Positions 8,423 through 18,800 are shown, counted from the stretch's first letter. The stretch is DNA of 32,000 bases from an uncultured Alphaproteobacteria bacterium (GCA_963753875.1 CAVWDY010000018.1:495057-527056), one strand, 5' to 3'. The notes: generated from the letters alone by a model not told the origin. Translations and numbers: made by a program.

Positions 8423-9547
8423 CTACCCAGCAATTTTGAGAATGTTATGCTTTATTCTTTGGTGCTCAACGCGATGGCAAGTTGGACATAGGAGCGCAAA
8501 GTCCTTTACTGTTGTGTATCGCTCACCTTCATCAAGTGGGTTCTTGTGGTGAACGTCGAGCAGGCTTCGCGGGCTTACCTTCGTCGGATCCAACACCGTT
8601 GCCGGGTCAAACCGGCAGTCGTCACAATGTAGAGTTCTCGACCGTCGTCGCTCCCGAATAAATTTGTCGGCAATCCACGCCGCACGACGGCGGACCTTGG
8701 ATTTTCGCTCTTCGGTCATTCCCTCCAATGCACCGTCAGTCAAATCTGAATTTATTGATTTTTGGGTACGCGGATCTATTTCGCTTTCCTCGGCGAGGCG
8801 GATTTCGTCTTCAATTCCTATCCATGCATTTGACGCGTGCACGCTCTCCAATCGGAGGGACGCGAGCGCAACCCGTTCTTCCTCATTGAGAACTCGCAAC
8901 GTCGCTGAGGAGCGTTGGTACAGGCGGCGATAACCAGCCTCTCCAAGCACGGATTTCGCTTTTGGAAATCCCACCACACGATAGGACTCGACGATGGGAA
9001 AGGCGACTGACCAGCGAAAACGGTTTTCGCCCTGCGCCCACATATCTTGAATTCGATTGAAGCCTTCTTCGCCGATGATGGTTTCGAGGGCACGTGCGGT
9101 TGCCCTCAGCTTATGGACTGCGATGAACCGCCCGGCTAGTTCCTTGTGAGCCTCTTTCTCTTTCAGATATTCAGGATCATCTTCAAAGCCCGTGTTGGGT
9201 TGACTGAACTGCTCGGTAATGTACTCGACAACGTAACCCGTCCCGAATTGGCGTTGTATGGTACTCTGGCACATGTTCCTGGCGGTCTGGTCGCCGCCTG
9301 TTGGCGTGAAGCCCAGCCAAGTTGTCCCTGCGAGCCAGTCAGCTTTGGACGCGGTGATGGGTGCAGGCAAGTCATTAACGAACAGATTCGATTTCACGGT
9401 CGCTTGCCTGTCTCTTGTTGCGCGGATGACAAGGGACCGCGAGGTAGCGCCATGATATCCACAATACTGGAGAGCGAGAATGCTCTCTTGTTCTTCCCGC
9501 GCCACCATGGGCGCGAAGGTAAGCCGCAGCCGGCCAGTGTCTCGCAA
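8423..9547 (-). CDS. HNH endonuclease-domain protein with a roughly 280-aa unknown N-terminal region (McrA-like architecture), 374 aa
   Basis: C-terminal 'LHCDDCRF...DVHHKNPLDEGERYTTVKDFALLCPTCHRVEH' is an HNH motif with two CxxC pairs. The N-terminal region has no motif I recognise. Alternative start at Met14 (9508). Confidence 0.8.
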   Translation of the reverse strand: MRDTGRLRLTFAPMVAREEQESILALQYCGYHGATSRSLVIRATRDRQATVKSNLFVNDLPAPITASKADWLAGTTWLGFTPTGGDQTARNMCQSTIQRQFGTGYVVEYITEQFSQPNTGFEDDPEYLKEKEAHKELAGRFIAVHKLRATARALETIIGEEGFNRIQDMWAQGENRFRWSVAFPIVESYRVVGFPKAKSVLGEAGYRRLYQRSSATLRVLNEEERVALASLRLESVHASNAWIGIEDEIRLAEESEIDPRTQKSINSDLTDGALEGMTEERKSKVRRRAAWIADKFIRERRRSRTLHCDDCRFDPATVLDPTKVSPRSLLDVHHKNPLDEGERYTTVKDFALLCPTCHRVEHQRIKHNILKIAG

Positions 9548-9967
9548 CTGCTCATATACTGCGGCGAGGCGGGGTAAGATAACTGGACCGCTTGGAACCG
9601 GACCAGGCCGAGACTACCTGATGCGACCGATTGATCTTCGCACCCCTTGCTGACGGGTTGACCATCTACCCTACGGTCCGGGAATTTCGGTGCAGGTTGA
9701 ATGCGGGGATAAATGGCAGCCGAGCGTTAGAATGTGGAAAACGTAGGCGCCAACAGCCCTCCGACTGGCTAAAGGGTGACAGCGCCGTCCGATCGCCCGC
9801 CCGTCCACGCTTGCACAGCTCGATACAGGCCCAAGGTCAGTTTGTGCGGCTGCCGGGGCATGACAATACCCGTCGAGCATGTAAGAACGAAATTAGGAGG
9901 ACTATTGGCGCAAGCTGGAAGTGAGCCGTAAGCTGTTGTTATTAAGTCAGAAAATGCGTGGAAAAGA

Positions 9968-10780
9968 ATGCAAGCCAACATAGCGAACAAGAGGGAACAG
10001 CTGCGCTCTCCGGACCCGTATTCATCCAAAATCATCAAAGCCGGTGCCTTAATCGGGGACACGAAGACGCTGCTTGCCCACTGGGACATTCGCACCTCGG
10101 TCGACGAAAACCTCGATCGGGCAAGGCGGGATAATGTCTTCGGGAAGGCGTCCCGCTCGCGCGTCGAGGACATCTCAGCGATATTCCGGCAGCGCTACCT
10201 TACCGAGCATTCAGTCACCAAAGCACTTGTCACGCTGGTTCAAAAGAGGTTTCCTGCCGCCGGCTTGGAATGGCTATTTTACTTCCACTCCGCTCGTGCA
10301 GACCGATTGCTATATGATGCCGTGACCGAGATTCTTGTTCCCTTGCACGCGCGAGGTCTAGTCGACATCAACGTGCATGCTTTCCAACGTTCCCTGGCGA
10401 AGTGGGTCAATGAAGGAAAGACGACCGGCCACTGGTCCGAACCCACGATTACCCGGATTGCGCAAGGATTGCTTTCGACTCTACGGGACTTCGGCGTGCT
10501 CCAAGGGGCGGTTAATAAAAGGATTGCACCCGCGTACCTTCCCACCGAGGCATTCGCCTACGTCATGTTTTATTTGAAGCAGCGCCAACCGTCAGGAGTA
10601 AAACTGATCGAGCTTCCCGACTGGAAGTTGTTCTTTTTGTCGCGGGACGGCGTGGAGCGGCTTTTGTTCGAAGCCCACCAGCGGGGCTTGTTGGAATACC
10701 ACGTCGCTGGCAGCGTCACTCGATTGACCTTTCCAGCTGAAACTCTTGACGAGTATGCGAATGTCCTCGCTCAAAGATAG
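9968..10780 (+). CDS. brxA: BREX protein BrxA (DUF1819-like), 270 aa
   Basis: First position in a canonical type 1 BREX gene order. Overlaps the brxB start. The call rests mainly on synteny. Confidence 0.65.
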   Translation: MQANIANKREQLRSPDPYSSKIIKAGALIGDTKTLLAHWDIRTSVDENLDRARRDNVFGKASRSRVEDISAIFRQRYLTEHSVTKALVTLVQKRFPAAGLEWLFYFHSARADRLLYDAVTEILVPLHARGLVDINVHAFQRSLAKWVNEGKTTGHWSEPTITRIAQGLLSTLRDFGVLQGAVNKRIAPAYLPTEAFAYVMFYLKQRQPSGVKLIELPDWKLFFLSRDGVERLLFEAHQRGLLEYHVAGSVTRLTFPAETLDEYANVLAQR

Positions 10781-11360
10781 TATCGCACCTCTGGAAAGCG
10801 ATCTAAAGGCCATACCGCCGAGAATCAGCGTTTACCATGATCTGCCTTTTGCGATCATGCGGTACGACCCGACCGACGAATGGGAGCTTCGACGAGAGAT
10901 TAAATTGCTGGCTACTCGCCTAGAAGCCGTCGGCAAGAAGGTTCACATCATCCCGATGTCAGAACTGCTTTGGTCGGCGATGGAGAAGGTCCACGAAAAA
11001 GACGATGACGAAGGATTAGAGGCCGTCATCAAACTGGAAAAGGAACGCGGCTACGTCGAAGCTCAGCAGCAAATGACCACGTACTTGTCGAGCAAAGTCT
11101 GGATTCAGCTGTGGGATTTGCTCGCGGAACGCCTCGTTTCAATTAGCCCTGAGAATACGGTAGTCTTTCTGATCCGTGCGGCTGCGATGTCGCCAGGTAT
11201 TTTCCACATGTCCATGCTGCTCGACAAAATGAATGGCAAAACCAATGTGACAACGATTTTGTTTTACCCAGGAACGATCGAAGGCACGACCGGACTGCGA
11301 TTCATGGATCTAAAAGATCGTGATGCGCTGGGCAACTATCGGGTCAAGATTTACGGCTGA
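10746..11360 (+). CDS. brxB: BREX protein BrxB (DUF1788-like), about 200 aa
   Basis: Position between brxA and brxC. 'ISVYHDLPFAIMRYDPTDEWELRREI' is typical of the BrxB N-terminus as I recall it. Start ambiguous (10746, 10755 or 10761). Confidence 0.7.
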   Translation: MTSMRMSSLKDSIAPLESDLKAIPPRISVYHDLPFAIMRYDPTDEWELRREIKLLATRLEAVGKKVHIIPMSELLWSAMEKVHEKDDDEGLEAVIKLEKERGYVEAQQQMTTYLSSKVWIQLWDLLAERLVSISPENTVVFLIRAAAMSPGIFHMSMLLDKMNGKTNVTTILFYPGTIEGTTGLRFMDLKDRDALGNYRVKIYG

Positions 11361-11376
11361 GGAAACGAGTAACCAA

Positions 11377-14300
11377 ATGACGACAATCGGCGATCTGCTG
11401 ACACGTGATCTTAGCCGCAAGATCGAAGAGATCATCCAAGTCGATCAGGCCGATGAGCATTCGGTTCATTCTGAGATATCGGAATACGTTGCTACCGATA
11501 GTATCCGCGAACAGTACTATGGTCTCCTCAAAGCCATTGCTGAGGCTCCCAGCGATCCTAATGAAAGCGTCGGCGTCTGGGTGTCGGGCTTCTTCGGGTC
11601 TGGCAAAAGCTCATTTGCCAAGAACCTCGGCTACGCACTGGAGAACCGCACGGTTCTCGGCAGCAGATTTGCTGATCTCTTCAAGCAGCAACTTGGCGAT
11701 AACCGCACAAGCGATTTACTCGACCTCATTAATGCCAAGACGCCAACTCAGGTTATCCTTTTTGAGGTCGCGAAGGAGGCCGACACACGGAAGGTCACGC
11801 AACGAATTGCCGAGTTGATGTACACTGTTCTTCTGCGTGAGCTTGGTTACTCGGAAGACTTCGACATTGCTGAACTGGAAATAGAACTTGAAGCCGAGGG
11901 CAAACTGCCGGAGTTTGTTGCAACTTGCAAAACGCTGCTGAACAGAGACTGGGAAGCAGTCCGGTCCGGGGCGCAAAAATTGTCGCGCGCGAGTGCCATT
12001 CTAAATCAGCTTGATAGGAAGCTCTATCCTTCTGCGGATTCGTGGTCCCATTCTCAGCGTAATCGAGACGCGTCGATTTCCGTCAGCAAAGTAGTTAAGC
12101 GCACGTTCGAGCTATGGGGACGTCGCCGAAAGGGTAAAGCCCTTGTATTCATCATTGACGAAGTCGGCCAGCACGTCGCTCGCAGCGGCGACAAGATTGA
12201 AGACCTACGGGCGACCATCGAAGAATTCGGCAAGGTCAGTAAAAACTTGCTCAAGGAAGGCAAGATTACCGCTCCTTGCTGGATCGTTGTCACATCCCAG
12301 GAAAAGCTGGATGAAGTGGTCGCCGCGATAGATTCCAAGAGAGTCGAACTTGCTAAGTTGCAAGATCGCTTCCACCATCGCGTCGACTTGGCTCCCTCGG
12401 ACATCAGGGAGGTAGCCACCAAACGAGTCTTAGCGAAGACGGCCCAGGCTGTGATAACGCTCAAGAATCTCTTTTCTAAAAACCAAGGCGTGTTGAACGC
12501 CGCGCTGCGACTCGAACGTACGACCCGCCGCACCGACATCAGCGAAAGTGATTTCGTTCACTTTTATCCCTATCCGCCACACTACATCGATCTTTGCATT
12601 GGGATCATGTCGGGCATTCGACTGCAGCCAGGGGCTCCACGGCACTACGGAGGCAGCAACCGTACGATCATCAAGCAGGCGTACGAGATGCTGGTGTCGG
12701 ATCGTACTGCATTCGCCAAAATGCCCGTTGGAGCGCTTGTGACGCTCGACAAGGTGTTTGAGTTGGTAGAAGGAAACCTCTCTAACGAGAAGCGCACGGA
12801 CATTCACCAAATTGCCGAGCGATTCAAAAGCGATCCCGAAGATCGCGGGTGGGCGTTGCGGGTTGCCAAGGCCACCTGCCTTCTGGAATTCATTCGTGAT
12901 CTGCCCCGCACAGACGCCAATCTCGCCGCTGTGCTGGTCGACGAGGTGGGCAAGGCAACCCCGCTGAGTGAAGTTCAAGCTGCTGTAAAGCGGTTGAATA
13001 CTGCCCAGTTCATTCGCAATACTGAAGAGGGCTGGAAGCTCCAGACAGCGCAGGAGAAGAACTGGGAGACGGAACGGCGGGGATATCTCGAACCGAAGCC
13101 TCGTGAGCGCAATGAGCTTTCACGCACCGCTCTCCAGCAAATCTTTGATGAGCCGGAATTCAAGACCTTCCGCTACCAGAATCGCTCGTTCCGGATCGGC
13201 ATAAGCGTTGATGGATCAAACATTGGCGATGAAGGCGAACTCCTTCTGACCCTGTGCGTGGCTGAGGATACCGACGAACTTACCAAACGCATCGAAGAGA
13301 CGCGCACCGAGAGTCAGCAGAAATCTCACGAGAATGATCTTTACTGGCTCTTTTGCATGACGCCTGAGATCGATGAATTGGTTGGCCAGCTTCACGCCTC
13401 ACGCAAGATGGTGGACAAATACAACCAGCTCAGCGCCCAGCAAAAAATCAGTCCCGACGAAGCAACGTGCCTCCAGGACGAGAAAAACTCCAAGAACAGC
13501 TACGAAATCCGGTTGCGGGACAAGCTGACCGAGGCGATGGAGCGTGGCACCGGTATGTTCCGCGGCGTACAGAAAGACGCGTCCGCCTTAGGCAAAGGGT
13601 TAGGAGAAATCCTGAAGAAGCTCTTTGGTCAGGTCGTACCCGACTTGTACCCAAAGTTGCAAATGGGATCTCGGCCGCTGAAGGGCGATGAAGCCGAACA
13701 AGTCCTCAAAGCGGCTGACCTCAAAGCATTGCCTAACGTCTTCTACGCGGGCGATCACGGGCTGGGGCTGGTCGTCAAGGATGGCCCCAAGACCATTGTC
13801 AACAAGAATGCCGATGTCGCCAAGGAAGTCCTCGATTACTTAAAGAGCGAGCACAGCTACGGCAACAAAGACAGTCGCATGGGCAAGGCACTCGAAAAGC
13901 GATTCGGCGGCACGCCCTATGGCTGGGAACGTGACATGCTGCGACTGATCCTTGCCACGTTATTCCGAGCGGGTGAAATCGAGGTCACCTACCAAGGTAA
14001 CCGCTTCCACAACTACCAAGACCCGGCCTGCCGTACGCCCTTCACCAGCAATCCCGCATTCCGGTCGTCTCTGTTTTCGCCCCGGCAATCAGTCGGCCTC
14101 AAGACGCTCACGCAGGCCGTTCAGCAGCTCGAAGAGCTAACGGGAGAAGACGTCGACGTCGAAGAAGGCGCCATCGCTACGGCGTTCAAGAAAGTCGCCG
14201 CGGAGGAACTTGAAAAACTCTATCCGCTAAAGGCTACCGCAGAGGCCCACCGGCTCCCGATCCTGTCCATGCTGTCCGAGTATCAGCAGACGCTGGCGGG

Positions 14301-15042
14301 AATTCAATCGTCCGCTTCCGACGACTGTGTGCGTATTCTCACTGAGAATGGCAAGGACTTCGGGGGAACCAGAGAAAAGGTACGGAGGCTCCGTGAATTG
14401 CTGAATGCTGAGGCCATTAGCGTTCTGCGGGAGGCCCGACAAGCAACGGATCAAGTGTGGCAACGGCTTGCCGCTCACAATCCCTCGCCGGAACTCGAAA
14501 CGACGGTCGAGAAATTGAGAAACAACTTGGCCTCTGAATCGTTCATCAACTCGTGGGACGAGATCGCCGGCAGCACCAAGACGGTTCTGGAAGCCTACCG
14601 CATCGCCTACTGCGAATTGTTTGATCGTCGTAAGAAGTCCTACGAGTCGGCGATTGGTGAGATCAAAAATCGCCCCGAATGGGGGCCGCTGGAGGCTAAC
14701 AACTCTAGTATGGCCGCGATGCTCTTGTCGCCGCTACAAGGTCGGGTTGGCACAGACGAAGATAAGGAATCGGTAAAAGTTGGCACATCGCTAGGGAGGT
14801 CCAGCCTCACCGAGATGGAATCAGACCTTGCCGCCGTCGATGGACTGAAATCGTCAATTTTGGTCAAGTTGCAAGAACTGTCGATCGGTGGCGAGAAAAA
14901 GTCGCCGATCCGAAAGGTGCGAATCTCGGAATTCTTCAATCGTCCGATCCAGACGCAACCAGAACTCGACAAAGCTCTCGATCTCATAAGGGATTCACTT
15001 CAGAAGTACATCGATGAAGGCGCAATCATCATTCTGGAGTGA
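11377..15042 (+). CDS. brxC: BREX ATPase BrxC/PglY, 1221 aa from ATG 11377 (the ORF track begins at 11320)
   Basis: P-loop 'GFFGSGKSSFAKNLGYAL'. Size about 1200 aa. Synteny. ATG 11377 follows the brxB stop (11358-11360), with GAGGAA upstream. Confidence 0.9.
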   Translation: MTTIGDLLTRDLSRKIEEIIQVDQADEHSVHSEISEYVATDSIREQYYGLLKAIAEAPSDPNESVGVWVSGFFGSGKSSFAKNLGYALENRTVLGSRFADLFKQQLGDNRTSDLLDLINAKTPTQVILFEVAKEADTRKVTQRIAELMYTVLLRELGYSEDFDIAELEIELEAEGKLPEFVATCKTLLNRDWEAVRSGAQKLSRASAILNQLDRKLYPSADSWSHSQRNRDASISVSKVVKRTFELWGRRRKGKALVFIIDEVGQHVARSGDKIEDLRATIEEFGKVSKNLLKEGKITAPCWIVVTSQEKLDEVVAAIDSKRVELAKLQDRFHHRVDLAPSDIREVATKRVLAKTAQAVITLKNLFSKNQGVLNAALRLERTTRRTDISESDFVHFYPYPPHYIDLCIGIMSGIRLQPGAPRHYGGSNRTIIKQAYEMLVSDRTAFAKMPVGALVTLDKVFELVEGNLSNEKRTDIHQIAERFKSDPEDRGWALRVAKATCLLEFIRDLPRTDANLAAVLVDEVGKATPLSEVQAAVKRLNTAQFIRNTEEGWKLQTAQEKNWETERRGYLEPKPRERNELSRTALQQIFDEPEFKTFRYQNRSFRIGISVDGSNIGDEGELLLTLCVAEDTDELTKRIEETRTESQQKSHENDLYWLFCMTPEIDELVGQLHASRKMVDKYNQLSAQQKISPDEATCLQDEKNSKNSYEIRLRDKLTEAMERGTGMFRGVQKDASALGKGLGEILKKLFGQVVPDLYPKLQMGSRPLKGDEAEQVLKAADLKALPNVFYAGDHGLGLVVKDGPKTIVNKNADVAKEVLDYLKSEHSYGNKDSRMGKALEKRFGGTPYGWERDMLRLILATLFRAGEIEVTYQGNRFHNYQDPACRTPFTSNPAFRSSLFSPRQSVGLKTLTQAVQQLEELTGEDVDVEEGAIATAFKKVAAEELEKLYPLKATAEAHRLPILSMLSEYQQTLAGIQSSASDDCVRILTENGKDFGGTREKVRRLRELLNAEAISVLREARQATDQVWQRLAAHNPSPELETTVEKLRNNLASESFINSWDEIAGSTKTVLEAYRIAYCELFDRRKKSYESAIGEIKNRPEWGPLEANNSSMAAMLLSPLQGRVGTDEDKESVKVGTSLGRSSLTEMESDLAAVDGLKSSILVKLQELSIGGEKKSPIRKVRISEFFNRPIQTQPELDKALDLIRDSLQKYIDEGAIIILE

Positions 15043-15045
15043 ACG

Positions 15046-15867
15046 ATGCTGAGTCCACGACAGATATTTGAAGACAACATTCGGCCAGCAGACCTGCTTC
15101 TAAAGGTCTTCCGGCTGTTGGAGCATGATTCACTCAATACCGAAGAAGCATTACTTCGTTCGCTTCGTGAACTTGTGAAAGCAGAGAAAGACGAAAGCCT
15201 GCTGGTCATTTCCAACGGCATCTTTCTGGGATTGATCCGGGAATTGGCCGAAGTGCCGCCGTCATCGATCAAACGCAGTGCCTTGTGCAATTTGCTGCGT
15301 CAGGCCGTTGTCACCGCCAGCACTGCTTTGGAGACGTACCTGCCCATCTTGCTGAGGGACAATCTGCCAGAAATTATTCGGCTCCGTGGACGAGATTTTG
15401 TTCCAAGGAACGATGAAGCGTTCAAGAATCAATTCAAGGAACTGAAATTTGACCTTGATGAAGCAGTCCGCATTTTGGTTGATCCCGATCCACTGTTCCT
15501 TGCCAACAAAATGATTAGTAGCCTGAACTTCAGCTACCTCAACGGCAGACGGGGCGTCCATGTCACAGGCGTGCTGCTCGGTCTGGACAATCCGTGGAGC
15601 CTCGTCGCTCAGCAACTGGGACGAGCAGAAGAAGAAATCAAAAAAACACTCGATATTACAGTGAAACGTCGCAACGATATCGTGCATCGGGCCGACCGTT
15701 CGCAGGATGATCCCGCCGGCGCCGCTCAAGAGATAGGCTTCCCGTGGGCAAAGCAGGCGGTCGAAACGATTCGGGTCGTTTGCCTTGCACTGGATGATCT
15801 TGTGGTGAGCCGGCTAAATGGATTGAAACAACTAGCGGCGGCGTCACAACCGCAAGGCGCGGCGTGA
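15046..15867 (+). CDS. Non-canonical BREX-embedded gene: putative HEPN-domain protein, 273 aa
   Basis: 'TVKRRNDIVHRADR' contains R-N-x3-H, the Rx4-6H HEPN signature. The sequence is Leu/Glu/Ala-rich. ATG lies 3 nt after the brxC TGA, with GGAG 6 nt upstream. Its TGA is followed after 1 nt by the pglX ATG. Confidence 0.55.
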   Translation: MLSPRQIFEDNIRPADLLLKVFRLLEHDSLNTEEALLRSLRELVKAEKDESLLVISNGIFLGLIRELAEVPPSSIKRSALCNLLRQAVVTASTALETYLPILLRDNLPEIIRLRGRDFVPRNDEAFKNQFKELKFDLDEAVRILVDPDPLFLANKMISSLNFSYLNGRRGVHVTGVLLGLDNPWSLVAQQLGRAEEEIKKTLDITVKRRNDIVHRADRSQDDPAGAAQEIGFPWAKQAVETIRVVCLALDDLVVSRLNGLKQLAAASQPQGAA

Positions 15868-15868
15868 C

Positions 15869-18800
15869 ATGGACACGGAGATTCGAAACAAGCTCCGCAA
15901 TGTCGTGACGCGGTGTCGCAAGCTGCTGGAAGACTCCATTTCACAGGAGCTTGAGGGGAAGTACGGTATCTTCGTCAAGAATGATCAGGTGATCGCAAAT
16001 CCGAACGCCTCGATGGCCCATCTAAAAGAAGAGGAGCAGTCGGCTCGTAAGGATATCCTCGATCACTTCGGCCACATCATAGCCCGTGGTTTCAAGCCGA
16101 ATGAAGCTCTAGACCAGTTGGTGCGTGAAATTGCTTTTACACATCTAAACCGGCTCTGCGCCTACAAGATGATGGAGGCCCGCGAGGTCTATGTGGGCGG
16201 TCAAAAGTTCCGTGAGGCTGTAAGTCGCGGTATTAACTCCAATGGCGTAAAATTCTATCTGGCGGACAACCCCGAAGAAGAGCGCCTATTCAATACAGGT
16301 CATCAAGATACTGCATACCGGCATTTTCTGGATTGGCTAGGCGGGGCGCTCTCCGACGAAATCGGCGTCCTGTTCAATCCCAACGACCCGGCCAATCGGC
16401 TCTATCCTCGGCAACAGACGCTCGATGAAGTGCTGGACCTGTTGAACGGCGGTGGCATCAAAGTCGACGAGATCGAGTTACGGGAGCAATGGCCGAAGAT
16501 TTGGTCACAAGACGAAACCATCGGCTGGGTCTACCAGTATTTCACGCCCAAGGAACTACGAGATAAAGCCCGCAAGGCAAGCCCAGCCCCTCGAAACTCG
16601 TACGAATTGGCCTTCCGCAATCAGTTCTTTACGCCGCGCTACGTGGTCGAGTTCCTTACGGACAATACACTGGGTCGCATCTGGTTTGAGATGCGCAAAG
16701 GTGACACAAAGCTCAAGGACCAGTGTCGCTACTTAGTCTGTCACCCCAGCGAGTATTTCCTAAGGGAAGGAGAGCAGCGGCCCATTGACGCTGTCGAGGG
16801 GCCCGCCGACCTTCCGCAGGAAAAATTGTTCGAACGCCCGGTTAACATTCCGCACCGCCCGAAGAAAGATCCAAGGGAGCTGAAGATTCTCGACCCGGCA
16901 TGTGGGAGCGGTCACTTCTTGCTGTACTGCTTTGACTTACTGCTGACGATTTATGAGGAAGCATATTACGACCCCGACCTCGGCCCGGCGTTCCAGATCA
17001 AGCCCGTCGAAGAGTTTCGGCGCGATATTCCGGGCCTGATCCTCGCCCATAACTTGCACGGTATCGACATAGACGTGCGGGCTAGTCAAATTGCCGCCCT
17101 TGCGCTCTGGCTCCGCTGCCAACGGGCCTATCAAGACATGGGGCTGAAGAAAGATCGTCCCAAGATCACCCGTTCGAACTTTGTTTGTGCCGAACCAATG
17201 CCTGGTGAAGAACAAATACTTCAGGAGTTTGTCTCACAACTTGAACCGAAGGTTCTTGGCCAAGTGGTCGAAGTTGTCTTCGACAAGATGAAGTTAGCTG
17301 GGGAGATTGGCACGCTCCTCAAGATTGAAGAGGAGATTCGAGTTGCAGTCTCAGAAGCCAAAGAACAATGGGTCCGAGAAACGACCCTTGCCACGGATCG
17401 CAAGGGCCAGCAGCTCTTGTTCACACAAGCGGCAATGGATCGGTTGGATGGCAAGCCTACGCAACCCTCGCTCTTCGATTTGTCTGATGTCACCGACGAT
17501 CAGTTTTTCGAGCGAGCCGAAGTAAAGGTAATTGAGGCTCTTCGTTTCTACGCAGAGAAGGCCCATAACGGACAGCAACTTCAGCGACGGCTTTTCACGG
17601 AAGATGCCGTGCGCGGATTTGGTTTCGTGGATTTGTGCCACAAGCGGTTCGATGTTGTGCTGATGAATCCACCGTTCGGCGAGCCGATAAAGTCCACGCA
17701 AGGGTACTTGGAAGCGAACTATCCGCACACGAAGCATGATCTTTTTGCTGCGTTTTGTGATCGAGCAATGGGACTTTTGAATGAATCGGGGATGATAGGA
17801 GAAATTTCAAGTAGGGTCGGCTTTTTCATCCGCTCATTTGAAGAATGGCGAAACGATTTGCTCAACTCATGGCAAATTACGCTAATGGCTGATCTTGGGT
17901 CGCATGTTCTCGACACAGCGGCGGTCGAGGTGGCATGCTACGTAATACAGCGACCTTCTGAGCGTGCGGCCGCTACGTACGTATTTCGGCTGCTAGTCGA
18001 AACGCAGAAGGCAGTTAGACTACTGCATGCGTGCCAGAACCTTGCGGATCGGAATTGCTTTATTCTCACGACAGACCGCTTTAAAATTCTACCGCTTCAT
18101 CCATTCGTTTATTGGGTCGAATCTGAAACACTACGAAAGTTCACTTCCCATCCGACGGTTGAACCATCAGCGGGAGTTGTCCGTCAGGGCTTGGGCACCG
18201 GTGACAATTTTCGCTTTGTTCGGGCCATCTGGGAGGTGCCAGTCCAATCGATCGCTGGTCACCAATGTGTCACTCCGAACGAGGTCCGAAATCAGCTCTC
18301 TGGGGCAAAGACATGGGCCGTTCACGTAAGGTCGGGAGCTTCGCAGCCCTGGTATTCTCCACTTACAGTCGTAATTGATTGGGAAAGACAAGGCGAACGA
18401 CTGAAAGACCATTGGCGATCAAAGGGTGAGTCGCCCTCTCGGTATATTCCCAGCGAAGACTTATATTTTCGTCCTGGAATTAGTTGGACACGAAGGGCAT
18501 TCCGCCTGATTCCGTACATTGTGCCAACAGGGTGCATCCCTTCTGCAAGTCGTTATATGGCTTTCCCTGAGGATGCGCACCGGATCAACCTCTTAGGTCT
18601 GAGCGCTTCGGCTGTAGCCACGTTATTTATGCGGTTCTACGGAGAAAAGTTCGAGCATCCTAATCATTTGGTCGATACTTTCAAAAAGCTACCCTTCGTT
18701 TCATTGGAAGCCAATACGCAGGCATCAATTCGTTCGACCGCCGAGAGCGAGGTGAGTAAGCGAAAGCGGTATTATGCAAACTACGAGCCGTATTCTGATT

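Noticed and set aside
9895-9931. AGGAGG followed by an 8-codon TTG mini-ORF upstream of brxA, as a leader peptide
   Set aside because: It is too short and unsupported. There is a single occurrence with no attenuator-like structure that I could see.
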